Below are positions 1 through 12,000 of a DNA stretch of 64,000 nt, one piece after another (positions within the stretch are counted from its first letter, which is position 1; every line of letters begins with the position of its first letter). The DNA lies in assembly GCA_964394925.1 (NCBI GenBank), contig CAYMZG010000006.1, positions 16,256 to 80,255 on the forward strand. The letters run 5' to 3'. Made by a program: the position numbers and the translations under genes. The stretch is from an uncultured Candidatus Saccharibacteria bacterium (GTDB taxonomy: Bacteria; Patescibacteriota; Saccharimonadia; Saccharimonadales; CAYLGV01). Under the pieces are notes generated by a model. The model was not told where the DNA came from, made no database searches, and saw only the letters and a list, made by a program, of their open reading frames with translations.

Positions 1-3000
1 CAAATTGCGACCTGTAACACCACTGGTACAGGTGCCGCCTTTGTCCAAGGCGGCAACAGCTTCGGCGCCCTTGCCCAACTTGGCACTACCGACACCAATA
101 ACCTTCAGGTCATCACGAACAGTGTTGGCCGTGCCTTGTTTGATCAGAGCAACAACCTCTACCTCGGTAACGCTAACGTAACGGGTGGTACTAATGCAGC
201 TCCAAACGCCTTTGCACTTCAGGGCACTGGTAGCTCAACGGCTGGAACTGCAGGTGGTGCTCTCACTATTAATGGTGGAGCAGGTGCTACTACTGGTGCT
301 GGCTCAACTGGTGGTATCCTAACCTTACAGGGAGGTAATGCCGGCGGTACTGACATTGCTGGCGCTAACCTTGTCTTAAATGGTGGACGTGGTACTGGTA
401 CGGGTGTTGGTGGTAACATTGTCTTCCAGTACGCCCCTGCCGGTTCCACAGGCTCAACAGCCAACACCCTGCAAACAGCTTGTACCATAAGTGGTACTAA
501 TGGGAGCCTGAGCTGCCCTGGGGCAGGTGCTTCAAGTGAGCGGTTTGGTAGCGGCTCGACGGCAGCAGGTGCAAGTAGTTTGGCGGTTGGCAATGCTGCA
601 AGCGCAAGTGGCACTGGTAACATTGCGATAGGTGCAAGCACTAGTAGTACAGGTGCTAACAACACTATTTCGATAGGCAACAACATAGCCAATGCAGGCT
701 CAGGTAGCGTTGTAATTGGTATGGGTTCAACAGCTAGCAGTTCTGGTGGCACGACTGGGATTGGTGATCAGGTTACTGTCAGTGCCTGGAAAGCGATTGC
801 AATTGGTCAGCTGGCAAACTCATCATTCCAGGACAGCATTGCTATTGGTAATGGTGCGACGACGACCGCAACTGGCCAAATTGTTTTCGGTAGTGGTACA
901 ACTAATCGTTCAGCTTACAGTACGGCATACTTTGGGAAGGGTGTCGTTGATAGTTCACCGACTGGTTTCACTATTAATGCGACTGGCAGTAATGCCGCTG
1001 GCACCGCCGGAGCAGCCCTATCTTTACAGGGTGGTAATGCCGTCTCAGTACTTAATACTAATGGTGGTAATTTACAGCTCAATGGTGGCCAGGGTACTGG
1101 TACAGGGGTTGGCGGTAATATTGTCTTCCAGTATGCCCCTGCCGGTTCTAGCAGTTCAACGGCCAATGCATTACAAACAGCTTGTACTATTAGCGGTACT
1201 AACGGGAGCCTGAGCTGCCCTGGGGCGGGTACAAGTAGTGAGCGCTTTGGTAGTGGTTCTACGGCAGCAGGATCAAATAGTTTAGCTGTAGGTAACGGGG
1301 CAAGTGCTGCAAATAATGAGTCAACGGCAATCGGTTATAGTGCTGCGAGTACGGGTATTAATAGTACCGCCTTGGGTAGAAGTGCAACCGCTGGGCAGGA
1401 TGCGGTCGCACTTGGGTATAGTGCATCGGCAGGATTTTCTAACTCAATTGCCCTGGGAAGGTCTGCATCCACCACTGCCGCTAACCAGTTAGTTGTTGGT
1501 TCAAGCAGTGCGGCTATCACCTCTGCCTACTTCGGAAACGGTGTCACGGCAGCTACTCCCCAAGGCTTTACCCTTCAGGGGACTGGTAGTAGTGCTGCGG
1601 GCACGGCTGGTGCGGCCTTTACCATCAACGGTGGTGCTGGTGCGACCACCGGTGCTGGCTCAACTGGCGGTATCCTCACTCTGCAGGGTGGTAACGCTGG
1701 TGGTACAGATGTTGCCGGTGCCAACCTTGCTCTTAACGGTGGCCGTGGTACAGGTACAGGGGTTGGCGGTAATATTGTGTTCCAGTATGCCCCTGCCGGT
1801 TCTAGCAGTTCAACTAACAACGCCCTTCAAACTGCCTGTACCATCAGTGGTACCAATGGTAGCTTTAGCTGCCCTGGGGCGGGTACAAGTAGTGAGCGCT
1901 TTGGTAGTGGTTCTACGGCAGCAGGATCAAATAGTTTGGCTGTAGGTAACGGGGCAAGTGCTGCTGGAAATAATTCTGTCGCGGTAGGTTTGAATACATC
2001 AACAAATTTAAGAGGTACAGTCGTTGGTTACTTAAGTACTGCTGGTCAAGACGGGGTAAGCATTGGCCAGAATATTACTACGTCTGGCACTAATAGTGTA
2101 GTGATAGGTAGTGCTGCAGGTGCTTCAGGCAATGCGGCAGTAGCATTAGGCGCGGGGGCCTCAGCAAACTTTAATAATTCAATTGCAATTGGTGGTGCAA
2201 GCTCTACTACAGCTCAAGGTCAAATAGTCTTAGGAAACACGAACTACAACAATGCATACTTTGGCGGTGTCACGGCAGCTACGCCAAATGCCTTCACCCT
2301 CCAGGGTACTGGCAGTAGTACGGCTGGTACGGCTGGCGCAGATTTCACTCTCAAGGGTGGTGCAGGCACCACCACTGGTGCTGGCTCAACTGGTGGTATC
2401 CTCACTCTGCAGGGTGGTAACGCTGGTGGCAGCAACATCGCTGGCGCCAACCTCGTTCTTAACGGTGGCCAGGGTACGGGTACGGGTGTTGGTGGTAACA
2501 TTGTCTTCCAGTACGCTCCAGCAGGCACAACTGGTTCTACTAACAATACCCTACAAACTGCTTGTACCATCAGTGGCACCAATGGTAGCCTGAGCTGTCC
2601 AGGGGCTGGCAGCGGCAGTGAGCGGTTTGGTAGCGGGGCAACGGTAAGTGCATCAAATGGTCTAGCTATTGGTCAAGGCGCATCTGCAAGTGGTACGGCC
2701 TTCTCGATCGCAATTGGTCAGTCGGCAAGTGCAACGGTATCTGATGCAATTGCTTTGGGCCACAGTGCTTCTTCAACGGGTAGCAGCAGTGTGGCTATTG
2801 GTGCAAGTTCGTCAGCCTCATTTGGAACAAGTATTGCTATAGGGGCGTCATCTTCGGCTACGGGTAATAGCTCTACCGCCCTAGGTGGTGGTGCTGTAGC
2901 GAACTCCAACTATTCTATATCGATTGGTAACGGTGCAACCGCTACGGGTGCCAGCCAGCTAGTTATTGGTTCAAGTAGTGCACCGATTTCAAGCGCTTAC

Positions 3001-6000
3001 GTAGGCAATGGCGTGACCGCAGCCACACCACAAAACGTAACCCTCCAGGGTACTGGCAGTAGTACAGCCGGTACGGCTGGCGCAGATTTCACTCTCAAGG
3101 GTGGTGCCGGTACATCTACTACAACCGGATCGGCTGGCGGTAATTTAGTGCTCCAAGGTGGTGCCGCTGGTGGCTCAGGTAATAATAATGGCGGAAACGT
3201 AACTATTAACGCAGGGGCCAAGACTGCATCAGGCACTAACGGAACCATCTCTCTAGGAACATCAAATACAAGTGCTATCACGCTTGGCGCAAGTGGCATA
3301 ACTACAACAAATGCTGGTGCCTTGACAATCAGCCAGCTTCTTACGGGTAACCTAGGCGCTACCATCTCTGGCGCCGCTATATCACTCAACGACTCATCTA
3401 ACTTCAACGTGAGTATTGCTGGCGGTACCAGCACTGGTCAGGTAGATATTGGTACGGGTACGGGTGTACAGACCTTGAACTTTGGTACTGGTGGCACAGG
3501 TGCTAAGACCGTGACCATTGGTTCAAGCGCTTCAACGGGTACAACAACCATAACCAGTGGCACAGGTGGTATAGACATCAATACAAGTACAAGTGGCGGA
3601 GATATTGCTGTTCGGACCGGTACAGGTGGAAGTCTTTCTCTAAGCGCAGATAACTCAATTAATATCGGCATAACGAGCGTAAATGCAATAACGGTTGGAC
3701 GTACTGATACAGATGCTCCAGTAGCTGTTCGGGGTGCAACAACATTTAGTAATACTTCGGCAGCTACCAACACAGTTACTATAAAGGGCGCAGCAAGCCA
3801 ATCCGGTGATTTGATGCAACTTCAGAATAATAGCTCACAGCTACTGACCGCATTTGACGCTTCTGGAAAATTACAATTTGCTGATGGAGCAGGCGGTGCA
3901 GCCGATACTAATCTTTACCGCTCAGCCGCTAATACACTTAAGACGGATGATGCACTCACGGTTGCTGGCCTTCTAACAGGTCAACTTGGCGCCACCATCT
4001 CAGGCGCCACCACCAGCATCAACGCTTCCTCTAACTTTGCTACCAACATTAACACGGGCACCAGTACTGGTGCTGTCACCATTGGTAACTCTGCAGCCGG
4101 TGCTATTGCTATACAGTCTGCTTCAACCGTTGGCATTACAGGTACTACTACCATTACTGGTCTGAGCGGTGGAAGCTCTAAGGCTCTCGTGGTCAATAAT
4201 TCTACCTCAACGGGTAACATCTTCGAAGCCCAAGATAATGGTACGGCAGTGCTGACGGTGGCCGACGGAGGCTTTACCGACATAGGGGCTAGCCTTGAAG
4301 TAGGTGCTGCTAATACCACTGGCTCAGGCGTGTGTATTACTATTGCTGGTAACATCAGCTGTAACACGGGTATAGATAACTACACCAGCAACACTAACAC
4401 TGCCAACAACTCATATGGTACCTACACGGTCCTTGGTGTTACTGCTACTAGCGGTGCTAACACAGCTAGCGACAACGTTGCTGTTCTGGGTAACACCGTA
4501 ACTGCCGGTTCACAGAACTTCAGTTATGCTACTGGTGTTAGCGGTCTGGTGAGGAATGCCACAACAGGCGCAACATCTGATGCACGAGGTATCCAGGGCT
4601 ATGTCAGCAACGATACTGGTGCCGGTACCATGGCACTCGCAAGTGCATTGTATGGTAATGTTAACGCTACCGCTGCTATTACCACTGCAGCTGGGTTGAA
4701 CATTGCTGCCAATACAGGCACTATTACGAATAACTACGGTGCTTGGATCCAGGCACAAACCGCCGGCACTAGTGACTATGGTGCTCGCATCGACGCAGCC
4801 GACACTCAGACACTATGGCTAAGCGGTAATGCCGACAACACTACTGCAGCAGCAGGCATTGCCTTCGGTGCTTCACGAGATACCAACCTCTACCGTTCAG
4901 CTGCTGATACTTTGAAGACTGATGATAGCTTAGTTGTTGGCACTAACTTGTCACTATCTGGCTCTGGCACCTTCACCTCCGGTACGGGTACGGTCACCCT
5001 CCAAGGTAACACTGACGTTGCAGCTACGGTCTCGCTAGCTACCAAGGCGGGTACCACCTATACCACGGCCGGTTCAGCCAACAACGTTGCTATCTCAACT
5101 GCTTCACTGTACATCCTGGATACATCAGGTGCAGCCCAAACCATCACAGGTATTGCAGCTGGTCGTGATGGTCAACAACTCACCCTTGTAAATGCCGACG
5201 CTAGTCTTGTGGTAACCATCTCTAACGAGAGCGCAAGCTCTACGGCAGCTAACCGCATCACTACCGGTACTGGTGCAGACATCACCATTCCTGCTGGTAG
5301 CTCACTCAGCCTTGTCTACGACAGCACTAACAGTCGCTGGCGTACGGTCGGTACTACCGCAACCAGCGGCGGTGGTGCCAACCAACAACTCAGCAACCTC
5401 TCTGGTACCGTAGCAGTGAATCTGGCTCTCAACCCAGGCACTGACAACACCCTCGACCTTGGTTCTGCAGCTAACAGCTGGCGTACGCTCTACGCTGACA
5501 CATCAGTGCTCACACCAAGTGTTGATGTAGCTAGTGCTGGCACTCTGAGTATTGGTAACAGTACTGCTACAGCGGTATCTATATGTAACTCAGCAGCCTG
5601 TGACACCATCACCATTGGCTCTAACGCTGATGCCGATACCATCACCGTAGGCGACAGCAATGACACGGTTGGTATCAATGGCACGACTACGATTACAGGT
5701 AACACCAGTATCAACACCAGTGGTTCGGGTACTACTACCATTGGCAATGCAAGTGCCGGGGCTATAGCTATACAGTCTGCTTCAACCGTTGGTTTAACGG
5801 GTACCACTACTATTACCGGACTCACAAGCGGTGATGCACTTACTGTTAATAACTCAACATCAACAGGTAACATCTTTGTTGCTCAAGATAATGGCTCGGC
5901 TGTCTTCACGATTGCTGATGGGGGGAATGTAACTTTGGCAGCGGACCTGGCAGTTAACGGTGGCGACATTACGACGAACCAAACAACCTTTAATTTGCTT

Positions 6001-9000
6001 AACACAACTGCTACAACAGTTAATGCCTTTGGCGCCGCTACCGCTCTGAACATTGGTGCATCAAGTGGCTTAACGGTTACTCCTGGTGGTAACGTAACCT
6101 TTGCTCAGGCTAATAATAAGGATCTCGCTATTCAGAGTTCTTTGGCGGGGGGCAATAGAACAACAGATGTCCTCACTATTAGTCAGGCAAACGATGCTTC
6201 ATTTACCAACAGCGCTAACTTACTAGAGCTAAACAATGCCGATGTAGATTCAACTGGCCCAGTTGCTAACATTGTACAGAGCTCAACTGCCGCCGGCGCA
6301 TACGCATTAAACATTACGAACTCGAACACTACTGCCACTGGCGCGGCTATAAACATCACGGGTGTAGCTGGCGCTAACGTTCGTGGCATCCTCTTGGGTG
6401 GAATCACGACCGGTATCGGCATAAGCAATACTGCCACAACAACAGGTAGCGCCATTAACCTTGGTGGTGCGCTGACGAGTGGTAACGGTATCTTGTTCAA
6501 CACGACCGCTAACGGCCTAACGAGCGGTAAGGCTCTGAACATATCTGGTTCTGCTTCTGGCATTACAGCCGACTTCTCGGGTGCATACATTAATGTTGAC
6601 CCATCGCGAACATTGACCGCGGCTGCTACCCGTGCAGATTCCGGTAACTACTTGAAGCTTACTCGTGCAGAAACAGTGAACAATGCCAGTGGTGTTATTA
6701 ACATCACGGGTGATGTTGCTAACTTCAGCAGCAACTGTACCCAGACTCTTGGTAGCTGTACTGACAACAGCAACATTCTTGAGCTGCAACAAAGCTATGC
6801 TTCTGCAACTGGTGCTGTCTTGAACGTCGGTGGGGCAGGTACCGGCAACCTGGCTACCCTCGATGCTACTAATAGCTCAGCAAATGGCGTGCTTATCGAC
6901 GTACAGTCGTCGAGTTCGAGTCAGTATGGCTTGAAGGTAACCACAAACAATGGCGGCAGCACTGCTTTGCAAGTAAATGGTGATGGCAGTATCTCGGCTG
7001 GTATTGCTGGTACAACTACAACTGTTAATGGTGCTCTTACTGTTGCCCAATTGCTCACCGGCCAAGCTGGCGCCACCATCTCAGGTGCTACCACCAGCAT
7101 CAATGCTTCAAGCAACTTTGCCACCAACATCAACACCGGCACTTCAACTGGTGCTGTCACCATTGGTAACTCTGCAGCAGGCGCTATAGCGCTACAGTCA
7201 GCTAGTACTATTGGCATCACAGGTACTACTACTATCACCGGTCTGAGCGGTGGAAGCTCTAAAGCCCTCGTAGTAAACAACTCAACCAGTACAGGTAACA
7301 TCTTCGAAGCCCAAGATAATGGCACGGCCGTCTTCACGATTGCTGATGGGGGGAATGTAACGGCAACACAAGACGTTACGGTAGGTAGCCAATTGGCAGT
7401 AGGTTCAACGTCAAGTATACAAACCCGGGAAGTAATATCAGTCGATGAAACGTTCACCAATACGAGTGGCGATAGTATCGGCATAAGTAATGTTATTACG
7501 AGTAATCCTGGGTCGGCTTCGACCGCAGGAATTTATGCGAACTGGAATGAGGCTCTCACCACTGACGGTAATGCACAAAGCGCTACTCTGCTATTGGGAG
7601 CACGAAATCAAGCTACACACCAAGGTGACGGCGACTTAGCGCTACTTTATGGGGCGTACAATTACGGAAATGTTAATTATCTCAATGGTGGCGGAACAGT
7701 CACGTTAGGTGTTGGTGACTATGGCAGGTTCGATAACTGGGGTGCAGCAACCGTTACGAATGCCGCCGGGGTATATGGTGAATCTCATCTTAGCAGCGGA
7801 GGTTCGATCGTAACGAACAATGGGCTGGCAGCCCATGCTTATAACGCAGGTAGCGGTAATATTACAAACAACAAAGGTCTGTATGTACTAAATGAACTGA
7901 CTTCAACTGGAAATATTACGACTAACTATGGCGTTGATATTGCTAGCGCAGTAGATTCAGGCGCTGGGTCAATTACCGATAACTACGGCATAAACGTTCA
8001 AGCTCAAACAGCCGGAACTAATGATTATGGTATCGCAGTCGGTGCCGCCGATACTCAGACATTATGGCTCAGTAGTAATGCTAATAATACTACTGCGGCA
8101 GCTGGCATTGCCTTCGGTTCATCACGCGACACCAACCTCTACCGCTCAGCTGCAGATACTTTGAAAACAGATGACAACTTAAATGTTACACTCGATACAG
8201 ACATAGGTAGCCAGTTGGCAGTTGGTTCGGGTGCAAGTATTACCTCTAATGAAGTTGTATCAATTGATGAAACCTATACAAATACAAGTGGAACTCTGCG
8301 TGGTATAGATAACAGCATTACTTCAAACCCAGCATCGGCATCCAGTGCTGATATTACTGGTACTTACAATACTGTTACACTGCAAGGCTCTAGTAATTAC
8401 ACAGGATTTATATATGGCTCAGTTAATGTAGTGTCAAACAGTAGCACTGCAACAACAACCTACGCTTTTGGATCTACGGGGGCAGTAACAAATATGTCAA
8501 GTGGGGCTATAACGTATGGATACGGAGCTACTGGCTCAGCCATTAATGCCTCTAATGGTAACATGACGTGGGCTGCTGGAGTTGTGGGTCAAGTCCAAAA
8601 TCTAGGCTCAGGAACGATTACTAATGGTATTGGATTATTTGTTCCGTCAGCAGTAAATTCTGGGGGCGGTGCAATAACCACAAATGTTGGCGCTTGGATA
8701 CAAGCTCAAACAGTTGGAGCTACTAATTATGGACTTTTAATAGCAGATATGACCGCCGGGTCTGGAACAAATTATGGTCTAGTAGTGGGAGATGCCAAGA
8801 CAAATGCAGTCTGGATAAATAACAATAATGACTCAACTGACGAAGCTGGTGGCATTGTGTTTGGTCAAAGCAAAGATACCAATCTTTACCGTTCTGCAGC
8901 CAATACGCTTAAGACCGATGATAACCTAGAGGTTGGCACAAACATCTACTTCACAAAAGAGTCTGCTCACACACTACAGATTGCAGATTCTACCACGGCT

Positions 9001-12000
9001 GCTACGGCTGGTGGTGCATTAACGGTTAAGGCTGCAGCTGGTAGCACTTCTGGTACTGGTGGCGCATTGACACTTCAGGGTGGTGCCGGTGGCACAAGCG
9101 GTGCCGGTGGTGCTACTACTGTTGCCGGTGGTGCTGCTGGTGGTGGCAATACAGCTGGTGGCGCATTGACACTTCAGGGTGGTGCTGCAAGTGGTAGCGG
9201 TGCAGGCGGTAATGTATCAATTACTGGTGGTGCGGCTGCAGCCAACGCAAGCTCAACCGGAGGAACCGTAAGTATCGCTTCTGGCGCTGGCTCCACAACT
9301 GGAACTGGTACGGCCGGCTCTACCCTGACAATAAACACTGGTGCTGGTGGTGGCTCTAACGCCAATGCTGGTGGTGCACTTACTGTTCAGGCTGGTGCGG
9401 GTAGCGCTACAGGCGCCGGTGGCGCAATCACCATTACTGGTGGTGCGGGCGGTTCAACATCTGGCGCCGGTGGTGCTTTGAGCTTAAGCGGTGGTGCGGC
9501 TACTACTTCGGGTAATGGTGGTGCGGTTACTATCACTGGTGGTACGGCTGTCGGTGTAACAACTGGTGGTGCAGTGACAATCCAGGGCGGTACTGGTTTG
9601 GCCGGTGGTGCTGTAAACATTTTGGCAGGCTACTTTGGAGATACTTCGGCCGCACTTAACATCGGTACAGTCGGTTCATCAACCAAGTCTTCAACGGTCA
9701 ACATTGCTAATACATCGAGTGGCACAAGCACCCAGACAGTTTCCATTGGTAGTACAGCCAACACAGCTAACTCAGTTACGCTATCGGCTGGCGCAACCGG
9801 TTACGTAAACCTCAACACTGGCCAGGCACAATTCTCTGAAATAACAGGTACACGAACCTTCACTGTCCAGACTCGAACCAGCAACGTAGCTGGTTCAGGA
9901 TTGACCGTTGTTGCTGGTGCTGCGGGCTCAGGTGCAACCGGTGTGGCTGGTGGCACACTGACCCTTCAGGGTGGTGCGGCAGCAGGCACTACGGGTAACG
10001 CTAACGGTGGTGATGTAACTATCACCGGTGGTGCAGCCGTAAACTCAGGCTACCAAGGTTTGGTTAATCTGTCATCAACGGCGTTCAGTACCGCACCTGT
10101 TCAAACTATCAGCTCAACTGGTGTCCAGGCCATTACTGCCGGTAACCAGAACATCTACAGCACCCTGCCAATTACCGCTTCAGTATCTGGCGTCATTGCA
10201 ACGCTTAGTGACCCAGGCCAGAATGTGATTGGTCGCATTCTCTATGTAACCGCGCGTAGTGGTAGTAACGACTTCACCTTGCGACTGAACTCGGCTCGCA
10301 CACCAATCGACATTACGATGAAGGCTAACAGCACAGCTACACTTATTTGGAACGGTACGGACTGGACCGCCGCCGGTGCCTCAAGCTCAACTGACCTTCA
10401 GGCTGCCTACAATAACACGGTTTCGAGTGCTGGTGGTGCTGAGCTGATTCTAAATGCCCCTGGTGGAAACGCCGATGGTTTGACGATCCGTAACAACGCC
10501 ACTACGCCTATCACTGGTGGTTTGCTTGAAGTTCAGACTTCTATCGGTGGTAACTTGTTTAGCGTGAATAATAACGCAACCGAGTATGCTACCAACGGTG
10601 GTGGCGAAACATCAGGTACTTCAAGCTGTACGAGTGGCTTCCCGGCCAGCACTTGGACTACTGCACCTGCTGGTGGTACCTGTTCACGAACTACAACATC
10701 TGGCACCTACACCACTGGTCAGGCAGCTGCTGCGGTTACTACGACTGGCACGCAATATCACGGTCTTTCTAACCAATTAAGCACTACTATGACTGCCGGC
10801 TTGCGCTACACGGTATCATTCACCGTAAAGGGTAGTGCTAACTTTACCGCTCTCGAAGCAGTTTACTCAGCTAACGGCACGGCAACCGCTGGTCAAGTTC
10901 GCTCATGTTTCTTCGGCACACCAACCTTAACTGGTACGGCCGGTAGCCAGACTACCACTACTATCACGGGTAGCAACTTTACGGCTTCAATGGTCGGTTC
11001 GGTTATTGTCTTTGCTAACGGCCAGTCAGCATACATTACGGGCTACACTAACTCTACAACTCTTACCACGAGCGCTGCCTTTAGTCAGACTGTTACAAGC
11101 CAGAACTACAGCATTTACACCAACACCATTACCACCAACCAAAGTACGTGGACTCGTGTAACTTGTGACTTTATTGCTCCATCTGGTGCAACTTCTTCAA
11201 ACGCTATCTTCATTCGTCAGAACGACTCTACGGCTCGCACCTTCTACGTAGATAACTTGAGCGTAACCGTTAACGCTAGTGTTAACCACGCCGCTGACGG
11301 TAGCGTCGACAGTGCGCTTAGCCCTAACTGGGTAGCATCTGGTGGCTCAGTTACTCTCGACAGCACGAACATTTACGACACCAGTGGCGCAGTGAGCGTA
11401 ACCACCGGTGCGACTAACCGTGGTGTCTACAACTTTATGGGTACAAATGGTATTACCCCAACCGTGAGTGCTACGGGCGTACAATACCGCGCATCCTTCT
11501 ACGTAAAAGGTAACAGTGGCAGTGTTACGCTTACTAACTCAAGCGTCTACTACTCACCAGATGGCGGCACGACCGTTCGTAACTGTAACGACCTGAATAC
11601 TGCTACGGTCGGTACGTCGTCATACACTCTTGTAAGCTGTATTTTTACCACAAATAACACGGCCGCCAGCGCTCCACGCTTCTACATTCTTAACACCTCT
11701 AACACCAGCTTCTTCGTTGATGCCCTCACCATAACGCTTAATACTAACACAGCTAACAACGTACAAATCGGTGGTGCTAACAACGGTGGTCCAATCACTT
11801 TGTTCACGCTTGATCGATCGGCCGGTGCACCAATTGCTGCCAACAACGACGCTTACCTAGGCTCAATGTACTTTGACACGGCTACTAACAGCATCCAGTG
11901 TTATGGTACGAGCGGTTGGGGTGCTTGTGGTGCTGCGCCTGACAATATTGTGAACCTCAACCCTGAGTACGCTGGTGCTGTACTTAACGGGTCGGGCGTG

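Noticed and set aside
3988-7356. Whether the duplicated modules are a template/variable-region pair of a diversity-generating retroelement, which is common in CPR genomes.
   Set aside because: - Differences between the copies are overwhelmingly synonymous and spread over all four bases, not concentrated at adenines.
- Both copies lie in the same ORF.
- No reverse transcriptase gene is in the window.
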